IMG/VR virus record: IMGVR_UViG_3300011335_000874
Coordinates: 1-62,865 of that record
Direction: 5' to 3' (one strand)
From: a virus
Taxonomy: Duplodnaviria > Caudoviricetes
DNA: 62,865 nt
Below the pieces are notes generated by a model. That model was given only the letters and a program-made list of their open reading frames with translations, made no database searches and had not been told where the DNA came from. Of the stretch, positions 49,614 to 57,766 are shown piece after piece. A program made the position numbers and the translations under genes. Numbering within the stretch: the first letter of the stretch is position 1; every line of letters begins with the position of its first letter.

Positions 49614-50468
49614 GTGAAAGTAAAACATTCAAAATACAAAAATACAGGAATCTTATTTGAACTATTAGTTCGCCAAATCGCTTCAGATACTGTATCTGGT
49701 AGAGATTCTGCAGCTATTGACATAGTAAAAAAATACTTTTCCAAATCAGAATTAGTTAAGGAACATAAACTATATCAAGCTTTAGTTGACTCTAAAGCAT
49801 TGACTGAAGGTAAAGCTGAGTCATTAATTAATGCTACTCTTGAAATATCTTCACGTTTAAATCGCTCTGCACTACGTAAAGAAAAATACAACATCATTAA
49901 GGCTATTCGTGAATCATATGATTTAGAAGAATTTTTTAAATCAAAGATTAACAATTACTCTCAATATGCCGCTGCCTTTAATTTAATAGAAGCCCACAAC
50001 TCATTAGAGTTTGTTGAACCATCTCAAGTTATTGAAAATAAAGTTACGTTACTTGAACATATTACACGTAAAGAAGTTAATAAAGAAAACGTTACAGATC
50101 GTGTGATGGAAGAATACCTTTCTATGGATAAAGGTACACGTATCTTAGTGTATAGAACATTACTTGAAAGATTCAACAACAAATATAACAATATGTCTAA
50201 CACACAAAAATCTGTGTTGAAAGAATATATTAACAATATATCTAATACTGTTAAATTACGTGAATTTGTTAATAATCATTTCGCAGCTATTAGAGCAGAA
50301 TTAAATAAGTTAAATCAAACAGTAACAGATAAAACTGTGCAGATTAAATTGAGCGAAGTGGTTAATATTCTTAAACCACTTGAGAAAAATCAAAATGTAA
50401 AAGACGATAATATTATTGCTTTATTACAATTCCATCAACTAATATCAGAAATAAAATCGGTTAAGTAA
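49614..50468 (+). CDS. conserved head-module hypothetical protein (GTG start)
   Basis: Between portal and protease; late motif at 49578. Confidence 0.7.
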   Translation: MKVKHSKYKNTGILFELLVRQIASDTVSGRDSAAIDIVKKYFSKSELVKEHKLYQALVDSKALTEGKAESLINATLEISSRLNRSALRKEKYNIIKAIRESYDLEEFFKSKINNYSQYAAAFNLIEAHNSLEFVEPSQVIENKVTLLEHITRKEVNKENVTDRVMEEYLSMDKGTRILVYRTLLERFNNKYNNMSNTQKSVLKEYINNISNTVKLREFVNNHFAAIRAELNKLNQTVTDKTVQIKLSEVVNILKPLEKNQNVKDDNIIALLQFHQLISEIKSVK

Positions 50469-51511
50469 TGGATTTGAAAGAATACATAAAATCACTAATA
50501 CGCCAACAAGTAGATGAAATGTCAACTACTGGTGCTATTGGTGTTGGTGCTGGTCCTATTGCATCACCAAATTGGGTTTCACCTCCAGGTCAAAAGAAAA
50601 ATGCAGCAACAAAATATGCTGAAAAAGAAGGGTGGAAAGTAACTAAAGGTGAAACTACAATGCCTGGTGATTCTAAAGTAAGAGATTACGTATCATTAAC
50701 AGGTAAGAAGAAAAAGAAAGTAAAAATATACGAAAATATATCTGTAGAAGATGCTTTAAAACAAATAAAACCTTTATTATCACATACAGTAAAACACGAT
50801 AAATTAGAAGGAACATTTGATAGTTGGCTTGAAAAAGTTAAAGCAGGAGATGATGACATCTTAGATAAAATGTGGAATTTAGCTGGAAGTGCTGTTGATA
50901 AAAATGCCATTAATATACTTTCAAAGATTAACGAAAGTAACTACGATCAAGCATCTAAATATGGAGCAGCAAGTGGCTACACAAAAGCAAGTGGCTATAC
51001 AGGTGTTGGTAGAGATAATCATGTAAGTACTTATTATAAAGAAAATATGAACGAAAATACAAACTTTGAAATAGGAGATAAAGTTACCTATGAAAATCAA
51101 GAATGGGAAATAATAAATATTTTTGGAGACCAATACCGTTTAAAAAATCTTAAAGGACTTCCTTCTACTAATGTTTTAATATCTACAATAGATAGAGAAA
51201 ATAAAAAATCATCAATGAGTGAATCATTAATAGACATTATTAAAGAAGAATTACTTAACGAAGTAACATATTATAAATTCAAAAACGAAGTAAAATTTCG
51301 CACTAAAAACGAACAACTCCACAAAGCAATACGTGAAGTAAAACGTAAATTATCTGAAATTGATCGTATTGTTGAATATACATCTCGTATGAAACAAGAA
51401 TTAAGCGAAGGTGAAGAAGGATTAAAATACTGGAAAAAAACAGAAAGCAATATTGCAACTATATCAGAAATGGTAAACACATTAAATAATAAAATAAAAA
51501 ATTTACATTAG
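50468..51511 (+). CDS. multi-module candidate internal head protein
   Basis: LKEYIKSLIRQQVDE; internal INE, MNE, LLNE sites. Confidence 0.65.
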   Translation: MDLKEYIKSLIRQQVDEMSTTGAIGVGAGPIASPNWVSPPGQKKNAATKYAEKEGWKVTKGETTMPGDSKVRDYVSLTGKKKKKVKIYENISVEDALKQIKPLLSHTVKHDKLEGTFDSWLEKVKAGDDDILDKMWNLAGSAVDKNAINILSKINESNYDQASKYGAASGYTKASGYTGVGRDNHVSTYYKENMNENTNFEIGDKVTYENQEWEIINIFGDQYRLKNLKGLPSTNVLISTIDRENKKSSMSESLIDIIKEELLNEVTYYKFKNEVKFRTKNEQLHKAIREVKRKLSEIDRIVEYTSRMKQELSEGEEGLKYWKKTESNIATISEMVNTLNNKIKNLH

Positions 51512-51514
51512 TAG

Positions 51515-51643
51515 ATGGCTAAGGCAAAAGGAACAAGCGACACAAGAAAATTAACATTTGGAGCTCGCAAAAAAGGTGCAGCAAAAAAATCATTCAACAA
51601 ACATAATCCAAGACCAAAGAAATATGTTGGTCAAGGAAGATAA
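51515..51643 (+). CDS. small very basic protein (42 aa, not in ORF track)
   Basis: MAKAKGTSDTRKLTFGARKKGAAKKSFNKHNPRPKKYVGQGR*. Confidence 0.75.
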   Translation: MAKAKGTSDTRKLTFGARKKGAAKKSFNKHNPRPKKYVGQGR

Positions 51644-51656
51644 ATAAAACATACCA

Positions 51657-53021
51657 ATGAAAAGTATTAAACAACAGTACATCGATTTACGTGAAGGTAA
51701 CATGACTCAAGCAAATTTTATGCGTAACTTACGTATGACATTACCTCACTTCGTTACTAACGTAACATCATTTGACGATTCAGTTCGTATCCTTAAAAAT
51801 AAAGGTATATTAACTGAAGCTGATACTAATATAAATGAATTGATATTTCCATTAATGGAACAATGGTTAGAAGATGTTAGAGATATTATAGAAGATAAAT
51901 GGCAAAATGGTGAAATAACACAAGCTGAATACGGTAGCTTAATGACTAAATTAAGTACCCAATCTGAAGACATAATAGCTCAATATGGTAAAATTAATGC
52001 TGAAGATGCCGCTATGGAATTACTTGATAGCGTATCTCATTTAGGCAATGAATATGACCCAGGGCCAGGAGAGGATGAAGATTTTGAAAGAGATTATGAT
52101 GCTGATTATGAAGAACCAAATGAACCTTTTGATATAGCTGAATCATTAAACGAATCTAAAGACGGGTCATCAGAAGGTAAATGGAAAACAGTTACTGGTA
52201 AAGATTTATATGCTCAATTTAAAGAAATTGACAATTTAAATGCTCAAGAAGTATTGATTGGATTAGATTGGGAAATGGAAAAAGATCCTGAACTAACTAA
52301 AGCAGCAGCCGCTAAAATAGTAATTAAGAATATAAAGAAAAATCCTATATATTATACAATGACTGATTTAGCTGGTAAAGAAGGAGCTGAAGCAGAAACT
52401 ATGGGTCCAAAATCAGATATTGCTGCTCGTCAAATGCAATACCTTGAAAAAAACATGGGTAATATAGTTGATAAAAAAATGGGAATGCAGCCCGTTAAGG
52501 ATGTAGAAAAACCTAAAAAAGATTCTGATAAAGGTGGTGAAACAAATAAAATGGAAAAAGGTATTTCATTAATGTCTCTTATCGCTAAATCAACACGTGG
52601 TGTTCAAAAAATGGATGCTACTGGTGAAAAAATGAAAAAAATTACTATTAAAGAAGGACAATATGATTTTATAGGTCATCTTAAAGCAGGCGAAGAAAAA
52701 GAATTAAGAAGCAAAATCCCAGATGTTCGTATTGAAGAAGATACGGAATATGGTCAAAAAATTAATACTACTATTTCTTCTGAAACAAAAAGTGATGAAG
52801 AAATTAAGAGCATAATAGATAAAATTATAGGAATGCCTGGAACTAAAAAAGATGTACCTAGTACTATTTTTAATAAAAATGCTGGTATTACTGCTGGATT
52901 AAAATCATTAACTAAAGATGATTTAATGGAAATGATTCGTAAAGAATTAGATGAAATAACAGGGGCTTATGGCGGTGATGCGATGGATCCTGAAGATGGA
53001 AGTTCATACACAAACTACTAA
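51657..53021 (+). CDS. multi-module candidate internal head protein
   Basis: LTE, INE, LNE, IKE sites; C-terminal LMEMIRKELDE. Confidence 0.65.
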   Translation: MKSIKQQYIDLREGNMTQANFMRNLRMTLPHFVTNVTSFDDSVRILKNKGILTEADTNINELIFPLMEQWLEDVRDIIEDKWQNGEITQAEYGSLMTKLSTQSEDIIAQYGKINAEDAAMELLDSVSHLGNEYDPGPGEDEDFERDYDADYEEPNEPFDIAESLNESKDGSSEGKWKTVTGKDLYAQFKEIDNLNAQEVLIGLDWEMEKDPELTKAAAAKIVIKNIKKNPIYYTMTDLAGKEGAEAETMGPKSDIAARQMQYLEKNMGNIVDKKMGMQPVKDVEKPKKDSDKGGETNKMEKGISLMSLIAKSTRGVQKMDATGEKMKKITIKEGQYDFIGHLKAGEEKELRSKIPDVRIEEDTEYGQKINTTISSETKSDEEIKSIIDKIIGMPGTKKDVPSTIFNKNAGITAGLKSLTKDDLMEMIRKELDEITGAYGGDAMDPEDGSSYTNY

Positions 53022-53027
53022 TATAAT

Positions 53028-53654
53028 ATGAAACAACTTTTAATAGATCATACACCGTTTAGAATTGCTAAACTAACACTTACCGAAAGTAAAACATCTG
53101 GCGGTAGAATGTTATTACAAGGTAAATTACAAGAAGCTGAAGTTAAAAACGGTAACGGCCGTGTATATCCACGCGAAATACTTGAACGTGAAGTTCAAAA
53201 ATACGTTGATGGTCCTGTTAAACAAAACAATGCTATGGGAGAGTTAGATCACCCTGAAGCATCAATCATTAATTTATCAAATGTATCACACAACATTAAA
53301 AAAGTGTGGTGGGATGGTAATGATTTAATGGGTCAACTTGAACTATTAAATACACCATCAGGTAAAATTGCAATGGAACTAGTAAGCGCAGGAATACCAT
53401 TAGGTATATCATCACGCGGTATGGGTTCTGTTAAGCAATTAGGCGAAACAGTTGAGGTACAAGACGATTTTGAACTATTATGTTGGGATCTAGTATCAGT
53501 ACCATCAACACCAAATGCATATATGCAACCCGTTGGTAAATTAGGTACAATGAATGAAAGTAAGCAATATAGACCAACTAAAGACTATAGCAAAGTAAAT
53601 TCATTAATCACTGAAATAATTTGTTCACAGACAGGTGTTTGCCCACTCTGCTAA
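53028..53654 (+). CDS. gp21: prohead core protease (T4 gp21-like)
   Basis: NGNGRVYP, GELDHP, VSHNI, GISSRGMGS, DLVSVPS. Confidence 0.95.
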   Translation: MKQLLIDHTPFRIAKLTLTESKTSGGRMLLQGKLQEAEVKNGNGRVYPREILEREVQKYVDGPVKQNNAMGELDHPEASIINLSNVSHNIKKVWWDGNDLMGQLELLNTPSGKIAMELVSAGIPLGISSRGMGSVKQLGETVEVQDDFELLCWDLVSVPSTPNAYMQPVGKLGTMNESKQYRPTKDYSKVNSLITEIICSQTGVCPLC

Positions 53655-53680
53655 TAATTTGCGGTTTTTAATATCTACAT

Positions 53681-53805
53681 ATATTTATGGACAGCCTATA
53701 ATAGCTGTCCATTTTTTATCCTCATGACAGCTTGGTATTTATAAATCCACACATTAAGATTCCCAATAATCTTATTTCCTAAACAAATTTAAGGAGAACA
53801 CATTT
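53681..53805 (+). promoter_or_regulatory. late promoter plus structured leader of the scaffold-capsid operon
   Basis: ATATTTAT at 53681; hairpins GGACAGC/GCTGTCC and TAAGATT/AATCTTA; AAGGAG at 53791. Confidence 0.6.
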
Positions 53806-55260
53806 ATGTCAAACAAAAATTTATTTAAAGAAGCTATCGCCGACGCCAAAGCAGTTCGCGAAGCAGCGTTAGCAAACGCAAAAGCCGCTCTAGAAGAGGC
53901 ATTAACACCAAGACTTCAATCTATGTTAGCTGCAAAGTTAAATGAGATGGAGTACGAAGAAGAAGGTCTTGACGAATACGCTGAAACACAACCAGACAGA
54001 GATATGGACGGAGACGGAGATATCGATGCTGATGATGTTGCAGCAATGGGAGAAGGATTCACTACATCTCACGGAGATGATAGCGATGAAAATCTTGATT
54101 TTAACTTAGAAGAAGATGAAGACTTCGATTTATCTGAAATTTTAGCTGAATTAAATGAAGCTGAAGAAAAAGAAGAGAAAAAAGAGAAAAAAGAGAAAAA
54201 AGAGAAAGAAGAAGAAGAAAGCGTAGCCGACATGACTATTGATGATTTGAAAGCTTTAATTGCTGACATCGTTTCTCAAGAAACAGGTGGTGGCGCTGAA
54301 GAAGGTGGAATGCACATGGAACCAGATGCAGATAACATGGGTGGTCCAAGTGATCATGATGCAGATAATGCTGATGATGAAATCGATTTAGAAGAATTAT
54401 TAGCTGAATTAGATGAAATGGGTAATGATGGTGAAGATCTTGAAGAAATTGATATTAAAGGAGGTCTTAAGAAAATTGGTAAGGCTGTTCAACGCTTTGG
54501 ACAAAACTATATAGGATTTAGTCCAAAAGATTGTATACAAAGAGCTAAGGCAGCTGGAAAAGAAGGCAGCGCAGAATATCTTGATGAACTTGAAAAATGT
54601 AGAGAAGAAAAAGGACTTGACAAACGAGTAACATCACAACCTTCATTGCAAGGTGGTGGATTTGGAGAAGCTCAAGAAATGAATGAATACATGGGCGGAG
54701 AAGAAGCTATTATCGACATGGGACAATGGGTTATAGAAAACTACCCAGCAATAGCTAAGATGTTAGGTAATGGTGCTCAACAAGTTGGTAACGCTTTAGT
54801 TCCTTTACTTACATTAGGTGGTGCTGCTATTGCCGGTACTTTAGGTACTGTTATTTCTAAAGCAAAAGAATATATGAAATCTAAAAAATCTAGCTCTTCT
54901 GATAAAGGTGAAATGAACGAAGCTATCAGAACTATCAAAACTCTTCGCTCTGAATTAAATGAAGTTAACTTGTTAAACGCTAAGTTACTTTATGTTAATA
55001 AAATCTTTAAAGCTAAGAATTTATCTGAATCACAAAAATTAAAAGTAATTGCTTCATTTGATAAAGCAACTACAGCTAAAGAAGCTAAAGTTGTATTCGA
55101 ATCATTAAGCTCTACTTTAACAACATCTGCTCCAAAACAAGCAATTAAAGAATCCTTAGGATTTGCTTCAAGAGCAGCTGGAGTTGCGCCTAGAAAAGCA
55201 ATCGTTGAAACAAATGATGCTATTACTAGAATGCAAAAATTAGCAAATATTATTAAATAA
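53806..55260 (+). CDS. prohead core scaffolding protein (gp22-like)
   Basis: Acidic, helical, between protease and capsid genes. Confidence 0.8.
   Translation: MSNKNLFKEAIADAKAVREAALANAKAALEEALTPRLQSMLAAKLNEMEYEEEGLDEYAETQPDRDMDGDGDIDADDVAAMGEGFTTSHGDDSDENLDFNLEEDEDFDLSEILAELNEAEEKEEKKEKKEKKEKEEEESVADMTIDDLKALIADIVSQETGGGAEEGGMHMEPDADNMGGPSDHDADNADDEIDLEELLAELDEMGNDGEDLEEIDIKGGLKKIGKAVQRFGQNYIGFSPKDCIQRAKAAGKEGSAEYLDELEKCREEKGLDKRVTSQPSLQGGGFGEAQEMNEYMGGEEAIIDMGQWVIENYPAIAKMLGNGAQQVGNALVPLLTLGGAAIAGTLGTVISKAKEYMKSKKSSSSDKGEMNEAIRTIKTLRSELNEVNLLNAKLLYVNKIFKAKNLSESQKLKVIASFDKATTAKEAKVVFESLSSTLTTSAPKQAIKESLGFASRAAGVAPRKAIVETNDAITRMQKLANIIK
54172..54207 (+). repeat. 9-nt tandem repeat encoding (EKK)n
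   Basis: GAGAAAAAA repeated about four times, in frame. Confidence 0.7.
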
Positions 55261-55286
55261 CAAAACAAAACAAAAACTTCATTAAA

Positions 55287-56948
55287 ATGAACGTACAACA
55301 ATTATTAGAATCGTCAAATCAGTATAAAGTAATTGCTGATGACGCAAAAAAGCTTAGCTCAAAGTGGGTTAAGTCTGGCCTTTTAGAAGGTCTTAAAGGC
55401 GAAACTGATCGCAACACAATGGCAATGCTATTGGAAAATCAGGCAAAACAATTAGTAACTGAAGCTTCATCTACAGGTACTGCATCTCCAGGTTCTGGAG
55501 CGTACAGTGGTGAATCTTGGAACGGAGTTGCTTTACCATTGGTTCGTCGTGTATTCGGTGAAATCGCTGCTAAAGAATTCGTTAGTGTACAACCAATGAA
55601 CTTACCTTCAGGTCTTGTATTCTATCTTGATTTTAAATATGGTACTAACATTAACCCATTCAGTAATGGTGGTTCTTTGTATGGTGCTAATGCTTCTAAC
55701 AACGTAACTGATATTACTTCAGCTTCATTATATGGTGCTGGTAAATTTGGTTATTCAGTTAACCAATACACTCAATCAAATGCTGAATCTGTAGTTTCTG
55801 CAACTTCTGCTAGTTGGGCTGATTTTAACTTCGATTCTGACTATTCAGCTTCATCTGCTGCTGGTTCTTGGAAAAAAGTATCAGTTAAATTACCTGCTGG
55901 GTATGATACAAATGCTGTTCGTGCATTTACTATTTCTTCAGGATCTAATTTTGCTTCTATTGATGTTTTACAAAACTTTACAACTGTAGCAAACGGATCT
56001 GGTTCTTTCATTATTACTGGCTCTAAATTTCCAACTGGTCAAAATGGTGGTTTAGCAGGTGGTGTAACATTGTTCTATGAATTTTCTCCACAAGATTCTG
56101 GTAGTGGTCAGTTCCGTGGTGATTTTGAAGATGGTGTTACTAAAAATCCAGCTACAGCTGCTCCATCAACAATTAACATCCCAGAAATTAACGTTCAGTT
56201 AAAATCTGAAGCAATTGTTGCTAAAACTCGTAAGTTAAAAGCACAATGGACGCCGGAATTTGCTCAGGATTTGAACGCTTACCATAGCGTAGATGCTGAA
56301 GCTGAATTGACTGGTATCTTATCTCAATACATTTCAATGGAAATTGATTTGGAATTGTTAGATATGTTGATTCAAAACGCATACACAGTTGATGCATGGT
56401 CTGCAGTTAATAACACAACTATTGCAGTTAGTGGTGTTGGTGCTAGTACAACTTTATCTACTCCAACAGTTAACACAGCTGGTTACTACAATACACAAGG
56501 TGGTTGGTTCCAAACTTTAGGTACTAAATTACAAAAAGTTTCTAACAAAATCCATCAGTTGACTTTAAGAGGTGGTGCTAATTTCATCGTAACTTCTCCA
56601 ACAGTTTCTACAATTTTGGAATCAATCCCAGGATTTGCTGCTGATGGAACAGGTGAAAAATTAGAATACAACTTCGGTATCCAAAAAGTAGGTAGCTTGA
56701 ATAGCCGTTACAAGGTTTACAAGAATCCATACATGACTGAGAACTTAATCTTAATGGGTTACAAAGGTGCTCAATTCTTGGAATGTGGTGCTGTATTTGC
56801 TCCATACGTTCCATTAATCATGACTCCATTGTTATACGATCCAGCTACATTCACACCAAGAAAAGGTTTGATGACTAGATACGCTAAGAAAATGATCCGT
56901 CCTGATTACTATGGTAAGATCTACGTTAGTGGTTTGAATACTATCTAA
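55287..56948 (+). CDS. gp23: major capsid protein (T4 gp23-like)
   Basis: LLENQ, PLVRR, VSVQPM..PSGLVFYL, AKTRKLKAQWTPEFAQDLNAYH, FAPYVPL, FTPRKGLMTRY. Confidence 0.98.
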   Translation: MNVQQLLESSNQYKVIADDAKKLSSKWVKSGLLEGLKGETDRNTMAMLLENQAKQLVTEASSTGTASPGSGAYSGESWNGVALPLVRRVFGEIAAKEFVSVQPMNLPSGLVFYLDFKYGTNINPFSNGGSLYGANASNNVTDITSASLYGAGKFGYSVNQYTQSNAESVVSATSASWADFNFDSDYSASSAAGSWKKVSVKLPAGYDTNAVRAFTISSGSNFASIDVLQNFTTVANGSGSFIITGSKFPTGQNGGLAGGVTLFYEFSPQDSGSGQFRGDFEDGVTKNPATAAPSTINIPEINVQLKSEAIVAKTRKLKAQWTPEFAQDLNAYHSVDAEAELTGILSQYISMEIDLELLDMLIQNAYTVDAWSAVNNTTIAVSGVGASTTLSTPTVNTAGYYNTQGGWFQTLGTKLQKVSNKIHQLTLRGGANFIVTSPTVSTILESIPGFAADGTGEKLEYNFGIQKVGSLNSRYKVYKNPYMTENLILMGYKGAQFLECGAVFAPYVPLIMTPLLYDPATFTPRKGLMTRYAKKMIRPDYYGKIYVSGLNTI

Positions 56949-56989
56949 TATAGTCTAACATAACTTAACCCCGTAAGGTTAAAATAAAG

Positions 56990-57016
56990 ACCCCAAGCAT
57001 AAGCTTGGGGTTTTTT
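56990..57016 (+). terminator. intrinsic terminator after the major capsid gene
   Basis: ACCCCAAGC-ATAA-GCTTGGGGT then T run. Confidence 0.88.
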
Positions 57017-57049
57017 ATTCATATTTATATGAAACCAACATATAGTCTT

Positions 57050-57715
57050 ATGCAAGATGAAAAAATTAAGCAAAAAAAAGTGTTGAAAAATGATATTAAA
57101 TATCAAATTACACTAAACGACGAACAAAAAGAAGCTAAGCGGTTGATCATAGATAACCAAATAGTAGTTATAACAGGTAGAGCAGGTTGTGGTAAATCAT
57201 TAGTGTCCGCTCAAACAGCACTAGATTTTGTTTTTAAAAAGCAATTTGAAAACATATATGTTACTAGAGCAGCTGTTGAAGTAGGTCATTCATTAGGATT
57301 CTTACCCGGTAGCTTAAATGAAAAATTTAACCCATATCTAGAAGCATTCCAGGAAAACTTAATTAAATGTTATGATAAGGTGAAGATAGAACAAATGATT
57401 AACGATAAACAAGTTATAGCACTCCCAGTACAATTTATTAGAGGTAAAACAATAGATGAAGTACTTATCGTTGAAGAAGCACAAAATCTTACTAAAGCGG
57501 AAATGTTAGCCATTCTAACACGTTTAGGTAAAAATGGCCGTATTATAATTAATGGAGATAATGAGCAAAGAGATATTAAAGATCAATATAATGGTTTAGA
57601 GTATGTTATAGAATTATCCAAGAAAATTAACGAAATTAAATGGATAAAACTAAAACACAACCACCGCTCTGATTTAGTGGGAAGGATATTAGATTACGAG
57701 TATAATGGAAAATAA
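57050..57715 (+). CDS. phoH: PhoH-like ATPase
   Basis: GRAGCGKS, LGFLPG, FIRGKT, EEAQN, LTRLG, NHRSDLV; start moved downstream of the terminator and late motif. Confidence 0.92.
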   Translation: MQDEKIKQKKVLKNDIKYQITLNDEQKEAKRLIIDNQIVVITGRAGCGKSLVSAQTALDFVFKKQFENIYVTRAAVEVGHSLGFLPGSLNEKFNPYLEAFQENLIKCYDKVKIEQMINDKQVIALPVQFIRGKTIDEVLIVEEAQNLTKAEMLAILTRLGKNGRIIINGDNEQRDIKDQYNGLEYVIELSKKINEIKWIKLKHNHRSDLVGRILDYEYNGK

Positions 57716-57766
57716 CGGCAGATAAATAACAGATACGTATATTTATACGTGTTAAATACTAATTAG

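Larger units (their letters stand above)
4531..57746 (+). promoter_or_regulatory. dispersed late promoter motif ATATTTAT
   Basis: Sense-strand copies just upstream of ORFs at 4531, 4895, 6241, 9286, 11934, 17723, 23949, 29392, 34709, 39011, 40991, 43563, 45421, 46024, 47650, 49578, 53681, 57021, 57739. Confidence 0.75.

Noticed and set aside
50968-51001. 18-nt tandem duplication encoding ASGYT twice
   Set aside because: Only two in-frame copies; likely a local slippage event
46053-56948. Introns or inteins in terminase, portal or capsid genes
   Set aside because: Frames are continuous, sizes are ordinary and no intein motifs are visible
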